This document shows, one piece after another, positions 36,711-46,839 of a stretch of 64,000 nt of DNA. The stretch lies in IMG/VR virus record IMGVR_UViG_3300005096_000058, positions 46,148 to 110,147 of that record. One strand, given 5' to 3'. The position numbers and the translations under genes were made by a program. The notes below the pieces were generated by a model. That model saw nothing but the letters and a program-made list of their open reading frames with translations. It ran no database searches and was not told the origin of the DNA. Within the stretch, counting starts at the first letter, position 1. Every line of letters starts with the position of its first letter. This DNA comes from a virus.

Positions 36711-38131
36711 GATTTCTCCTCGTCGCCTACGCCCTTTGCGCCGTGCATCTTGTCGGTGCCGGGTTTAGGCGTCGACTCGTCGGGTGTATTATGGCCTGGC
36801 ACTGGACATTCGCTGTCCCCGATTTCTTGATGGCATTGGCATTTTGGCTCGCCGGTCAACTCGACCATCGTCGGATTGATGAGCGCGTTCGTTGAGGCCC
36901 CGTCGTCGTCGTCGGCCGGTTTGCGCATGTGCTTGACGGCAGCACCGACGATTGCGCGCATTTCGGGCGTGTCAGGCAACGGGCTGAATGTTTTGACGTC
37001 GGACAGGTCGGCGTCGTCGGTCTTTTTGGCGTAGGGGTTTGCCATTGGTGAGTCAGGAGCTACCCCATCAATCTCCGCGTGATGCTGATGGGCCCAGTCG
37101 GTCCCGCCTGCCCTGTAGGCTTCATCCCAGACCTGCGCATCCCGCGCCCGCAGCGCTTCGGTGGGGGTAATCTTGAGGGAAGTCCTCAACACGTCTTCGA
37201 TGTGCGCGGAGACGCGCACCTCTCCTGCGTCAATCGCGCGAAGCAGTTCGACGAGCACAACCAAAAGCGGAGCATATTGTGCTTGCGTCGCGAGGTGTAG
37301 ATGATTCTCGGTAGCCAGCTTCGCCAACAAGGCTTCGCAGTTTTGGCAGGGGACCTCCTCTTGCTCAGGCACCGCGAGGTCAAAGGCTGATTCGGCAGCG
37401 TCGTCAATTGGCGACAATAGATCTTGCGTCCCCCACCGAGGCGTCCCGCCATCCGCTTTGGCGCTGTGCATACCGCCGTGTCCTTCCGGTAAGGCACAGT
37501 GGAGGTCGTTCAGGGTGGAGGTGCAGGGCTCGAATTCGGGGGGTCCAAGTGCTTCCGTTGTGGGCTCCGTTGTGGCGTCACAGGCGGAATCAAGCACCTT
37601 ACGCGCGTCACGCATCCGCCCGCTATAAAAGCTATCGCCGGTGACTCTGGGTCGATTTTCGTAGTCTTTTATCGTTTGCTCCCAAGCATTAAACGCTCCC
37701 ACCACCGTCGCCAGCTTCGCAGCCAGAGCAGCATTATCGCGCAATGCGCCGCTATAGAGATCCTCGGCGAAGTGCTTCTCGTTGAGGTGTGTAAGCGCCG
37801 ATTTTTTATGGGCGTCTGTGGCATCACGGAGGTTTTGGATCTCCACCAAAGCCTTGTCGCGCTCATGTCTGCAAGCGTCGTACTTTGCTTGTAAGCTACC
37901 AAGCGTTAGCTTTTGATTGAGCTTCTTTCTTTCGAGTAAAGTGGCGGCGCGTGAAGCAACGCCAAGTGCCTCGCCCATCCTGACTGATGTGTCGCTCGCC
38001 TGTTTGGCTGACAGCGCTACCAGCGCCATCTCGACTTCCAGACACGTGATCTTGTCCAGGGCCTTGTCCCTCTGGTTCTTGATCACGCGGATTGTCTCGC
38101 GGTTAACAGCCGCCATAGCGCCCTTACTCAT
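36707..38131 (-). CDS. hypothetical coiled-coil protein with small Cys/His motifs
   Basis: 474 aa; CALPEGHGGMH, CQCH..CPVPGH. Confidence 0.6.
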   Translation of the reverse strand: MSKGAMAAVNRETIRVIKNQRDKALDKITCLEVEMALVALSAKQASDTSVRMGEALGVASRAATLLERKKLNQKLTLGSLQAKYDACRHERDKALVEIQNLRDATDAHKKSALTHLNEKHFAEDLYSGALRDNAALAAKLATVVGAFNAWEQTIKDYENRPRVTGDSFYSGRMRDARKVLDSACDATTEPTTEALGPPEFEPCTSTLNDLHCALPEGHGGMHSAKADGGTPRWGTQDLLSPIDDAAESAFDLAVPEQEEVPCQNCEALLAKLATENHLHLATQAQYAPLLVVLVELLRAIDAGEVRVSAHIEDVLRTSLKITPTEALRARDAQVWDEAYRAGGTDWAHQHHAEIDGVAPDSPMANPYAKKTDDADLSDVKTFSPLPDTPEMRAIVGAAVKHMRKPADDDDGASTNALINPTMVELTGEPKCQCHQEIGDSECPVPGHNTPDESTPKPGTDKMHGAKGVGDEEKS

Positions 38132-38472
38132 GGTGTAGCTCGTGCGATGCCTAGCAAGAACTCAAAAACCGGAATGGGGCCGCCGCGAGGGCAAACACTC
38201 GCGGTCACCTCGCCCCCCTCCCTAACAGGTAGCTGCGCTGGCTGGACCATCGTAAATGTGCCTTCGTCGTCGGTAATCGTGTACCGCTGGTTGGCCGCGT
38301 ACAATTGGTCGTTCGCCCCTAACGTAGTGAGCACTACCCAGGTACCACTGCCGTCATCAGGTGCTTCCGCAACATCAGAGCAAACCACCTCGTAGGTCTC
38401 CCAAACGATGGGCGTGTCTGGAACTCCGCAGGCCGCGGTGGTCAGGGCTAAGGCCAGAATGAGTTTGCGCAT
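38128..38472 (-). CDS. putative lipoprotein
   Basis: MRKLILALALTTAA-C lipobox-like signal; GGAGG RBS. Confidence 0.6.
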   Translation of the reverse strand: MRKLILALALTTAACGVPDTPIVWETYEVVCSDVAEAPDDGSGTWVVLTTLGANDQLYAANQRYTITDDEGTFTMVQPAQLPVREGGEVTASVCPRGGPIPVFEFLLGIARATP

Positions 38473-38490
38473 GAGGAGCCTCCAGACAAG

Positions 38491-38519
38491 AGCGTAAGCA
38501 GCGGGCATATAGCTGTCAA
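38491..38519 (-). promoter_or_regulatory. sigma70 promoter (same family, no upstream palindrome)
   Basis: TTGACA-GCTATATGCCCGCTGCT-TACGCT. Confidence 0.7.
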
Positions 38520-38522
38520 GCC

Positions 38523-38930
38523 TCATTCGGCGAAAGTGATGATCCCACCACGCTTGGCTGCACCCTCAAACTCAGGCTCAGCCTCTGTGCCGGTGACGAT
38601 CGGACCCCCGCGGATGAGGTTGTTGCGTTTGTCTGGATCAAGGGCCACGGCGGTGACCGGGGTGACCTCTGCGCATTCCTCTTTGCTGAGCACACGGTTG
38701 AGGTGTTGGGGTCCAACGTTGATGTGGCTGACGTTCATGCCGAAGCATTCCCCATCTGGACGGATGCCTAGATCTCGCACACGATCCTCCGCTTGACGCA
38801 CGTTGCCCGCTTGCACGATGACCACGCCGCGGAACACGTCGTCATCCATGAAGCTGAGCCACCAAGTTTGTGCCCCGGTGACGTAACCCGTGGACGGTTT
38901 GTCGCTGCCGATGTCAAGTGTTTTTGTCAT
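38523..38930 (-). CDS. hypothetical protein
   Basis: WWLSF..FRGVVIV motif. Confidence 0.6.
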   Translation of the reverse strand: MTKTLDIGSDKPSTGYVTGAQTWWLSFMDDDVFRGVVIVQAGNVRQAEDRVRDLGIRPDGECFGMNVSHINVGPQHLNRVLSKEECAEVTPVTAVALDPDKRNNLIRGGPIVTGTEAEPEFEGAAKRGGIITFAE

Positions 38931-39112
38931 CTTCGATCTCGATGTCCGGTTGTAGTTCGAGCAGCTCTTCCAGACGCCGCACTAACTTTGTTTGAGAACG
39001 TCCAGCGCCAGAGCGGCGCCATCGACCGCCATTTATTCGCACCCACAACGATGACGAAGCAGGCCATTGCCCTTTGGCTCCCGGTGGGCCGCCGTGCGAA
39101 CTCGACTCAATT

Positions 39113-39646
39113 TCAATCGTCGTCTTCACGTGCCACTTCGCCCTGCATGAAGCCCCACAACTGGTCGACAAGGGCCTCGATCTTGGCTGGTGCTGGATGC
39201 CCCTGTGGGAACACCGCTGATCTCAGCATAGCGATCCCCTCGATGACAGCGCTGTGTGGCCTATCGCTCCGCCCCATTGCGGCCACGTCCTCCAGACGGC
39301 TGAGCGGGGTGCCGTGCTCGTCGATGTCGCTGTAGCTAGCGAAGTTGATGCCCTTGACCAACTTGTCAAAGCACGACGGGCAGAAGTCCCACTCCCATTC
39401 GCCAAACGCTTGGAAAAGCTTCGGGTTCTCAGGGTCATCGCGATTGATGGCTGAGAGCCCGCTGCGCTTGGTCACCGTCGTCGTGTAAAACTCTACTTCG
39501 CGCCGGACCCCTTCTTCATGGGCTCGGCTCCACCCTTGTCCATGGCGCGTGTGGTGCCCGCCGTCGCGGTCCTCCTTGCCGCACTTGTCGCAACGGAGGC
39601 CGATCGTCGGGCGTTGTGGATGCTCAAGGTTGACCAGTTTTGCCAT
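39113..39646 (-). CDS. hypothetical Zn-binding protein
   Basis: CDKC...CPSC. Confidence 0.55.
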   Translation of the reverse strand: MAKLVNLEHPQRPTIGLRCDKCGKEDRDGGHHTRHGQGWSRAHEEGVRREVEFYTTTVTKRSGLSAINRDDPENPKLFQAFGEWEWDFCPSCFDKLVKGINFASYSDIDEHGTPLSRLEDVAAMGRSDRPHSAVIEGIAMLRSAVFPQGHPAPAKIEALVDQLWGFMQGEVAREDDD

Positions 39647-39964
39647 TCAAACCACCTGCCTAAACACGTGGGCAACGAGGCCGCGATGATCGTCAACGGC
39701 TGAGCCCACGTGTTCGAAGCCATTGCCCACAAACTCAAAGCCGGTGCCCACGATGCCGAAGGTTTCCGTCTCCAAGTGTTCGTGCGTGTCGGTACGCACG
39801 AGGCACCAAACACAAAGCTTCCCTCGTTGCACACCGACGTGCAGCGTATGATGCAGACTCATTTGAAGCTCGACCACGTGGATCGGCCCAATGTGTGCAA
39901 TCTCGCAGAGCTCATATTTCCAGACAGCAAGTTTGCTGTCTGGCTCACCATTGGCGTTCTTCAT
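39647..39964 (-). CDS. phage hypothetical protein
   Basis: VWKYEL..LHVGVQ..GTG..LVAHVF. Confidence 0.6.
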   Translation of the reverse strand: MKNANGEPDSKLAVWKYELCEIAHIGPIHVVELQMSLHHTLHVGVQRGKLCVWCLVRTDTHEHLETETFGIVGTGFEFVGNGFEHVGSAVDDHRGLVAHVFRQVV

Positions 39965-40215
39965 GATTCCATGCTCCGTTCTTCGTATTGCCCAAGGAAC
40001 GTGCGCACCTTCTGGACGTCGTCAGTCTCGGTGGTGCTCTTGCGCCCGAGCCTGAACAGGTATTTCCAGACGTTGCCCAAGTAGAAGTCCTTCTTGGCCG
40101 CAGCGTCGATGAGGTCAAAGCATTCGACGGTGACCAACTGCCGGTTGCCGTTGGCCAACGTCGCCATCACCACCACCTTGTAGTAGTTGGGGCGAAGTTC
40201 TTCAGACTTGGCCAC
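39961..40215 (-). CDS. DUF3310-like protein
   Basis: PNYY..ECFDLI..FYLGNVWKYLFRLGRK..DDVQK. Confidence 0.7.
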   Translation of the reverse strand: MAKSEELRPNYYKVVVMATLANGNRQLVTVECFDLIDAAAKKDFYLGNVWKYLFRLGRKSTTETDDVQKVRTFLGQYEERSMES

Positions 40216-40513
40216 GCAGCTTCCTTTCCAGCACACCAACCTCGCTGAGCTTGGATTTGAGTTGATCCTCCAGCTCTTGCACGCGCTCCATCTGGACGCG
40301 CATTTGCGGAGGGATCGGAACGTCTGCGGCGTTGGGTAGCAGGCCGGACGCGGTCAGGAGCTCGTAGACGTCAAGCTTCTGAAGCTTGTCGGCTGCGCGG
40401 TCGTCGCCTTGTTGGTGGAGTGCTTTGGCTTGCACGTCCTGCACACGCTCAACGAGGTTGCGGAGTTCTCCGAGAATAGAGGCGGCGAGGCGTTCATTCA
40501 GTTTTTGAGACAT
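40202..40513 (-). CDS. hypothetical coiled-coil protein
   Basis: AGGAG RBS. Confidence 0.55.
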   Translation of the reverse strand: MSQKLNERLAASILGELRNLVERVQDVQAKALHQQGDDRAADKLQKLDVYELLTASGLLPNAADVPIPPQMRVQMERVQELEDQLKSKLSEVGVLERKLRGQV

Positions 40514-41126
40514 GGACAGTGATCTCCTTGGTGCTGGGTTCCAGACGGCGTAGCGCGACATCAGGAACACGTGAAGGGGGTAGCGGTGTTGCTGTCATCA
40601 CAATGGGGGCGAACACCCGATCATGACGCTTGAGGAGTTCAGAGCGGGCCTCTGCGACCGTCTTGAAAAACACCCGACCGCAGAGCATGCGCTGCCACAA
40701 TTGCCACTGAGCTTCTACTCCGGTCTCAACAAGCACCACGGGGAGGCAATCGCCTAGGAGCTTGAGCAAGCCCTCGTTCGGGTCGCGGCTCCAGATCTCA
40801 AAGCGGCCTGAGATCTTAGGTCGTGCTCCGGTTGGATACGGCAGCGCGAGCTTTTGTTCACGGCGGGCGGTTGCGTCTGGAAAGCGGAAGCCCAGCTCCA
40901 GCTTGCCGTGTTTCTTGAGCACGTAGCGCAGATGGCTGGTGGTCTGCATGTCTGGAGGTCGTGGTCGCAGATAAATGTCTTGGCCGCCAACGTAATGGCC
41001 TTCGTAGTCTTGTTTGGCCACCGTCTGTGCGGCGGCGCCATAGATGTTGTCAGCCTCGACGGCTTGGCGCCTGGATTGCCACTTGCCTTGTGTGGTGACG
41101 ACGATGTCTTCGGAGACTTTGATCAT
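40494..41126 (-). CDS. hypothetical protein
   Basis: 210 aa coupled ORF. Confidence 0.55.
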   Translation of the reverse strand: MIKVSEDIVVTTQGKWQSRRQAVEADNIYGAAAQTVAKQDYEGHYVGGQDIYLRPRPPDMQTTSHLRYVLKKHGKLELGFRFPDATARREQKLALPYPTGARPKISGRFEIWSRDPNEGLLKLLGDCLPVVLVETGVEAQWQLWQRMLCGRVFFKTVAEARSELLKRHDRVFAPIVMTATPLPPSRVPDVALRRLEPSTKEITVHVSKTE

Positions 41127-41398
41127 GGGCGCTTCTCCATCCGTTCCGCTACGGCTGTTTTATACGCGACGTAATCGGTGGGGTCTTCGCCCTTGCTGAC
41201 CATGACAGCCGCAACTGCGCGGCTCACTGCGCGCGTCCATGGTGCCCAAGTAGCGTTGACGCAGTCCTCCCGGATCTTCACCGTCCTGTAAACCCCCAAC
41301 TGCACATCTGGTGGTACGAGGGACCAACACCCACGGCACATGAGGTGCGCCGGTGGGCACGCGTTCGAGCAGCCTGGTTGGTGGCAAGTGTGTTTCAC
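41123..41398 (-). CDS. small Zn-finger protein
   Basis: HTCHQPGC..LMCRGCW. Confidence 0.6.
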   Translation of the reverse strand: MKHTCHQPGCSNACPPAHLMCRGCWSLVPPDVQLGVYRTVKIREDCVNATWAPWTRAVSRAVAAVMVSKGEDPTDYVAYKTAVAERMEKRP

Positions 41399-41907
41399 GA
41401 CAACGTCTCCTTATCAACAACGAGCACTGCTTTTGGTAGCTTGTCGGACAGCACCTTGAGTTTGCGTTTCATCGCTTGGTTTTCCCGCACGATCTTGCCA
41501 TTGAAATGCCGGCAGCCCTCGTAGGGGCACGACGTGTTGCCGTAGGGAAATTCAGCGCACATCTTCGGCCTGTCCTCGTAGTCCAGACAGTTGCGTGTCT
41601 CGCCGTCAAAGTATTTGCAGGTGAAGAAGTTTGCGCGTCCGCTGCCTAGGCGATCGGGACGCACGGGGTTGTCGACACGCTTGCCAAGGGGAATGACCAT
41701 GTCCGCAATCTTCTGGAGGTCGCGCCAGCGCTCGTGAGCATCTGACCAAGCCTTGTCGGTGTGATAGTCGGCCCACTTGGGCTCTGCCTCCTCGCGAGCC
41801 ATCTTCCGCAACGCCGTCATCGACATGGGCAGCGTGAAGGCGGCGCAACAATAACCTTTGCACGCGTTCCGTTTAGTCGACATTGAGAAACCTATCTGCC
41901 TGGGCAA
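41395..41907 (-). CDS. YkgJ/CxxCxxCC-family Zn/Fe-chelating protein
   Basis: ACKGYCC..CKYFD...CLDYEDRPKMCAEFPY. Confidence 0.7.
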   Translation of the reverse strand: MPRQIGFSMSTKRNACKGYCCAAFTLPMSMTALRKMAREEAEPKWADYHTDKAWSDAHERWRDLQKIADMVIPLGKRVDNPVRPDRLGSGRANFFTCKYFDGETRNCLDYEDRPKMCAEFPYGNTSCPYEGCRHFNGKIVRENQAMKRKLKVLSDKLPKAVLVVDKETLS

Positions 41908-42139
41908 GCCACTCGCGCACCTTCACCGTGCGCACGGGTTGGTTGGGGTGCTGGATACTGGCTCGACTTACGACAGCTTTCGAGTCGTGTTCTAAGAGAA
42001 ACACAGCGTCATCAACAATGTCTCTGGCGTGCGCCTTCTTAGTCCTCAGATAGGTGACATATTCGCGCACAGCGTTCTCTTTGCAGCCGTCAGCCGCCTC
42101 CAGCGCAGCAAGCCAAGCATCGAAATGAAGGTCATCCAT
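41873..42139 (-). CDS. hypothetical protein
   Basis: Coupled ORF. Confidence 0.5.
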   Translation of the reverse strand: MDDLHFDAWLAALEAADGCKENAVREYVTYLRTKKAHARDIVDDAVFLLEHDSKAVVSRASIQHPNQPVRTVKVREWLAQADRFLNVD

Positions 42140-42932
42140 GGGTGTTTCTTTCCGCCCAACTCGACAAACTGAGCAGCGTCGTCTCAGTGCGGTCCATCTG
42201 TTGTCCGTGCGTAGAGATCAAGGCACGGAGCGCTTCCCCCTCGTCTCTGAAGGTCGGCGGGTATAAGACGGAGGGCACCACCCACCGCTTACCGCGGAGA
42301 TAAGCGAGTTCCCCAGAGGGCAGGTGCAGGTGTACAACGGGAGAGCCGCTCCACGTCGTGTAGGTTACGAATTCACCCATGACCAATCTGTTCCCCTAGA
42401 TTTTGGATCATGTCGTCGGCCAATTTCACCTGCTTGGTCATGGCCTTGAGCAGGAACGGCCTCATCGGTTCCCACTCGTCTTTCGCCTCGTCGAAATCGC
42501 GTTCTTCGTTCTCACTGTGCCAGACGGTTGCTCCCAGAAACTCGACCCAAGAAACCACACCATCGCTGGAGAAAGTTAGCAGCATGGCCGCTTCTTCGGG
42601 CTCGCCATAAGCTTCTCTAATGGCGTCATTGACGATGGCTACAGCCTGAAAGGCTTCCTTCGATTTCCCGTTGCAGTCGGCGAGGATGTTAGCGTGTAAT
42701 TCGGCGGTGGTGATTCCTTCGGGCCTCCACCCGTCTTTTCTCGCACGAGCCAAGAGATCCCAGGGCGGACCGCTCCGTTGATGGTGCAGCACACCCTTAG
42801 CCACATCCCTCAACGCTATCCGCGCCGACGCACCGTCTTGGCTGATGACGAAGCACCCATCCGTTGGTAGCCACTCTTTGGCGGGGGCGCTGACATACCA
42901 ATGGCCGTCGTTGGTTGTGAAATCTGCGGTCA

Positions 42933-43322
42933 TCATGGCGTGAGGTTTCCTTTGGGGATTGGGTGGTTGGCGACGTCGCGTTTGGCGGCGGGTTTCCAGC
43001 GCGCCTTGATCACGCGGCGCGATATGACACGGCGGGGGATGATTTCCATTTGTGTGCGGCGGAGACCTGCACCGTTGCCCGCAAGCCATCCAGAGAAAAG
43101 GGCCAGGGTCGGCTCGGAACCGCCTCTGGTGCTATAATGGATCTCCCAAAACCAGTAGGCGGCGTCGCGCTCGACGCTGCGGAGAAGTTGGCCGCGCTCC
43201 CATATGGCGGCACCACTGACGTTCACTCGCACGGCGCGGGGGCCATTTTGCCAAGCGATGCACTCAACAGGGTTGCCCCAGATCTGGATCGGGGCGCGAA
43301 CCATCAAGAATGTTTGGATCAT
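42933..43322 (-). CDS. hypothetical protein
   Basis: ATGA coupling. Confidence 0.5.
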   Translation of the reverse strand: MIQTFLMVRAPIQIWGNPVECIAWQNGPRAVRVNVSGAAIWERGQLLRSVERDAAYWFWEIHYSTRGGSEPTLALFSGWLAGNGAGLRRTQMEIIPRRVISRRVIKARWKPAAKRDVANHPIPKGNLTP

Positions 43323-43555
43323 GATTTGGCCTCGTCGCGGAAGAAGCCGTCAGCTTCTTCGGTCGCGGTGAGTTCGCACGTGACTTTGTAGAAGGTGCGT
43401 GGCCCAAGGGTGCGGACCAAGACGCGGGTTTCCCGGTCCGGCGCTCCTGCTTCTCTGACGGCTTTCTCCGCCGCTTGGGTGGGGGTTTCTGCGCCGACGT
43501 GGACGTGCCCTTGATGGCCCTTGCCGTAGTCGAGCACGCAAAGAAATTCAGTCAT
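43319..43555 (-). CDS. hypothetical protein
   Basis: AAGGAG RBS. Confidence 0.6.
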   Translation of the reverse strand: MTEFLCVLDYGKGHQGHVHVGAETPTQAAEKAVREAGAPDRETRVLVRTLGPRTFYKVTCELTATEEADGFFRDEAKS

Positions 43556-43580
43556 TTTGGCTCTCCTTTAGCACTACCCA

Positions 43581-44057
43581 CTACAACACCTGAGGGTTGG
43601 GTTTTTCCAATGGCTGCTGAAACTTTTTGCGCCGTCTGGACATCTCGCGCAAAGCCCGCGGGGTGAGGCTCACGATCGCGCGGGGGCCCCTGTGGTTCTT
43701 AGTTCGGTGGATGGCTGCACGGTTTGCTTGCACCATGCTGCTGACCAGCTCACTCACGGTTGTTTGCGTCATGCCCAGATGCTTGCGGATCTCCTGGTAG
43801 GACATGCGGCTGGTGCCGATCAGGAGCATGAGCACGAAATGCTGCAGCGGAATGACATCCACGCGAATGATGGGGAGAGCTTCGTAGAGGCGGCGTGCGA
43901 GCTCGCGATCTGCCTTGCGGCCTCTATGTGTCGGAATGCCTCTTCGCGCCCTAGCGGCGTACACGGCCTGCACAGATACACCCAGCTGAAGGGCTAGCGT
44001 GCTGTCAGGCACCTGGCCTAGCAGCTGTTTGTTCCAGACAATGTGTTTCTTCGCCAC
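43581..44057 (-). CDS. double-HTH (HTH plus MarR-like wHTH) regulator
   Basis: LLGQVPDSTLALQLGVS..V; MSYQEIRKHLGMTQTTVSELVSSM..VSLT. Confidence 0.6.
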   Translation of the reverse strand: MAKKHIVWNKQLLGQVPDSTLALQLGVSVQAVYAARARRGIPTHRGRKADRELARRLYEALPIIRVDVIPLQHFVLMLLIGTSRMSYQEIRKHLGMTQTTVSELVSSMVQANRAAIHRTKNHRGPRAIVSLTPRALREMSRRRKKFQQPLEKPNPQVL

Positions 44058-44403
44058 GGGCTCCCCTACGTGCAGCTTTGGTTTGGTGATTGACGATCAG
44101 TCTAACTCACCTACTCCACACAGTTTTTTCTATTTTTGAGGTTTTAGGCTGATAGCACGCACCTGATTGGCTCGTTCAGCCCTCACCCGCACCGACTGCA
44201 ACACCTCAGCGCGCTTAGCTGCGGCTGCGTTATCGAGGCTTACGGCCTTGTTGAGCTTCTGCCGTTCACTGGGTAGGAGGATGAGTGTTCGCTCGTCTGG
44301 ACAGATGTAGCAGCTTGGTGGTGGGTTGTTTGGTGCCGGGGAGAGTCTCGACTGGCCGCCGCATTTTGGGCACATGAGGGATCTGGTTTCGATAGGTGGG
44401 GAC

Positions 44404-44928
44404 TTAGCCATCGTGGATCACCCGCTCCAACGTGCGGCTGATCGTGTCCTTGATCCTGCCTGATTGTTCTGGGTGTAGCGCCTTCAAGAACCGGGAGGCC
44501 ACAGCCTTCGCTTGCGCGTTCTGCACGTCTTCGTGCGTGACGTGTTGGCTGTACCCGAGTCGATCATTGGCGGGTTCTTCCAGACACATTTGGCGCACCT
44601 CCTGCCATTGGACGTTGTTGTGTCCAGACGCCACATAGATACGGGGGCTGCTCAGGTTGTGGCTGTGCTGGTCGATAAACTGTTGGGCAGCTTGTCTAGT
44701 GAAGAACGGTTGCACCCACTTCCAGATGTCTTTGTAGCCAACAGTTTCGTCAGCGTCGTAGTCGTTGGGGTCGCATTCGTCCCGGTCGCGGTTGAGGTGG
44801 ACACGTCCTTCAGCGTGGTCATGGTCCATGCCGTAGACACGGAGGCGCTCCTCGACGATGAAAATGGGGTGAGCGGTGATGTGCTCTTTGGGGTCGTTGC
44901 GGACGTCTTCTGAGAATGAAGGTTTCAT
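44404..44928 (-). CDS. phage hypothetical protein (Ead/Ea22-associated-like)
   Basis: TAHPIFIV..FFT..A..FI..H.HNL..PRIYV.S. Confidence 0.5.
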   Translation of the reverse strand: MKPSFSEDVRNDPKEHITAHPIFIVEERLRVYGMDHDHAEGRVHLNRDRDECDPNDYDADETVGYKDIWKWVQPFFTRQAAQQFIDQHSHNLSSPRIYVASGHNNVQWQEVRQMCLEEPANDRLGYSQHVTHEDVQNAQAKAVASRFLKALHPEQSGRIKDTISRTLERVIHDG

Positions 44929-45139
44929 GGTGTCGTCTGGATGTGTTGGAGGGCGTTGTGCTCACGGAAGTATTTGCGCACGACCTCTGAGCTCGTCTTG
45001 GCTCGTTGGGAGATAACGGAAATGGTCATGGGGTTGCCGCCATTCTTGAGGCTGGAGAGGATGCGGGCGAGACGCTCATCACGCGCTTGCGTTCTGGATT
45101 GAACGCAGCCGGTCTTGAACACTTTGTGTGAGGTGGCGG

Positions 45140-45859
45140 TCATTGTGGTTTCCGTGGTGGGGTTGTCCGGGGTGTACGTATGAGTCCCTCCGGCCCTGGA
45201 AACTGCTCCTCGGGGATTGGCCCTAGGGCCATGCGTGACCTGATCGCGTTCAGCTTATAAGCGAGTTCTTCTTTGGTGAGTAAGCCGCGGTCTCGTTGTG
45301 CGAGCACTACCCGCATCTCGTCTAGGCTGGCCTCGCTGCCGGCGCCTTCAACCATTTGTAGGTGGCTGCCGGTCTCTGCGTCGTTTGGGTTGATGGGGAT
45401 GTCGAGGTCAGAGCGGCCTTTGCGCGCGTTCACCTCGTTAAACTTCTGGACGATGGCTGCCCCCAGATCAATGCCCAGCTTTTCAGCGAGCAGGTCGCAG
45501 TAGGTGATGACATCGGACAGCTCTTTGCCAATTTCCAGACATGCGGCGTCATCTGTCAGTGCTCCTTGGCGATGTTTGTTGATCACCTTGATCACCTCTC
45601 CGGCTTCGCCCGCAATGAGGGCTGCCCATTCAAGATCTGTGTTCCGGTCGATGATGTGGAAGGCTTCTTCACAACGGTTGGCATTGTGCTTGCGGAAAGC
45701 GCGGAATGTGAGGTCCCAGCTTAGTGCTTCCGCCGATCGGGTGGCAGCGTCATAAGCGCACATCACGTCATAAGCCGCATGGATGGCCCCTGCATCGAGC
45801 AGCACCGAAGCCGCCGCAAGAGCCGATGAAAACAGGTCGAGTTGTTTGTCGGTGGGCAT
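45140..45859 (-). CDS. MazG-like nucleotide pyrophosphohydrolase domain protein
   Basis: GEAGEV..K..KELSDVITY..LLA..GIDL..KFN. Confidence 0.75.
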   Translation of the reverse strand: MPTDKQLDLFSSALAAASVLLDAGAIHAAYDVMCAYDAATRSAEALSWDLTFRAFRKHNANRCEEAFHIIDRNTDLEWAALIAGEAGEVIKVINKHRQGALTDDAACLEIGKELSDVITYCDLLAEKLGIDLGAAIVQKFNEVNARKGRSDLDIPINPNDAETGSHLQMVEGAGSEASLDEMRVVLAQRDRGLLTKEELAYKLNAIRSRMALGPIPEEQFPGPEGLIRTPRTTPPRKPQ

Positions 45860-45860
45860 C

Positions 45861-46298
45861 TCAGCCTCCCATCACCCCGAGCTCGTCGTCGGTGGGCTCG
45901 GGTGTGAGTTTTTGTTGTTTGGTGACGACGCGGATTTCCGCACCCGCAAGCACGTGACGGGACCGGGCCACGGCGGCGATTTGTTTCTCTTCGGTGTCGA
46001 TGTCGATGTCGCGCAACGACGTGTTGGCTCCGAGGCGACTGAGCACCTCAGCAATGTACGCGGCTGCTGCTGTTTTTCCAGCCTTCGCGGGGCCCTCGAC
46101 GGTGATGGTGATCATGAGATCCCTCCTCTGGTGTTTCTTGTTGAATTTTGCCGCCGCAGCTTCAGCTACGACTGGACACATGATGTCGTGTTGACCCACG
46201 ACGAGGTGCCCATGGTCGGGACTTTTGCAGGCGTCGCATGGCGGGTCCATCTGGGGCCAGGTGTCGATGTGGATAACGTTCATGTCATCCTGGGTCAT
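45861..46298 (-). CDS. hypothetical protein with short P-loop (thymidylate-kinase-like N-motif)
   Basis: ITVEGPAKAGKT. Confidence 0.45.
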   Translation of the reverse strand: MTQDDMNVIHIDTWPQMDPPCDACKSPDHGHLVVGQHDIMCPVVAEAAAAKFNKKHQRRDLMITITVEGPAKAGKTAAAAYIAEVLSRLGANTSLRDIDIDTEEKQIAAVARSRHVLAGAEIRVVTKQQKLTPEPTDDELGVMGG

Positions 46299-46839
46299 AT
46301 TCATCCCCGTGCCCGTCCCAGCCTTCTGGAATCTTGCCGCGGGCGAAAAGTTCAATGCGCGGGCGATCGCCAAGTAGCTCGACGATGCGATCGCGCACTT
46401 CGGGGGGCTTAGTCGAATGCTTCCCAGGCAATGGCTTCGGAGCAAAAACCGTCTGGACAATCTTCTCGCTCAACAGCGGAAAAACGCGCTTGTCCTTCGT
46501 CGAGTAAACAAGGCAGAATTCAGTGAGAGGCTTAACCGTGCGCGGACGGACACCACTGGCCTTGAGCGGAGTACCGTCCAGCTTGGTCTTCACCCAAACG
46601 AAGGCCACGCCTTGGTAGATCAAGCCTTGTTTCTTCCAGCGTTCGCCGCAGCGAAGAGCCAGGTCCAACTTCGGGCAGGTCACCCATGAGAAGACGATCG
46701 CATCTTTCGCGAGGAAGAGGGACCAATCGAAGTTGGAGATCTCCTCCTCAGTCATTTGCTTGTACGTGAGCTTGGCCGTGCCGAATTTTGTGTACGTCCA
46801 TGGGAAATCAGTGAGGACAATTTCGTAACGCTTGGTCAT
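46285..46839 (-). CDS. MT-A70-family adenine methyltransferase
   Basis: DFPW, FVWVK, TEFCL, HSTKP, RIELFAR, GWDGHG. Confidence 0.85.
   Translation of the reverse strand: MTKRYEIVLTDFPWTYTKFGTAKLTYKQMTEEEISNFDWSLFLAKDAIVFSWVTCPKLDLALRCGERWKKQGLIYQGVAFVWVKTKLDGTPLKASGVRPRTVKPLTEFCLVYSTKDKRVFPLLSEKIVQTVFAPKPLPGKHSTKPPEVRDRIVELLGDRPRIELFARGKIPEGWDGHGDEYDPG

Noticed and set aside
45861-46298. Thymidylate kinase
   Set aside because: Only the P-loop start is present; too short for a full kinase.
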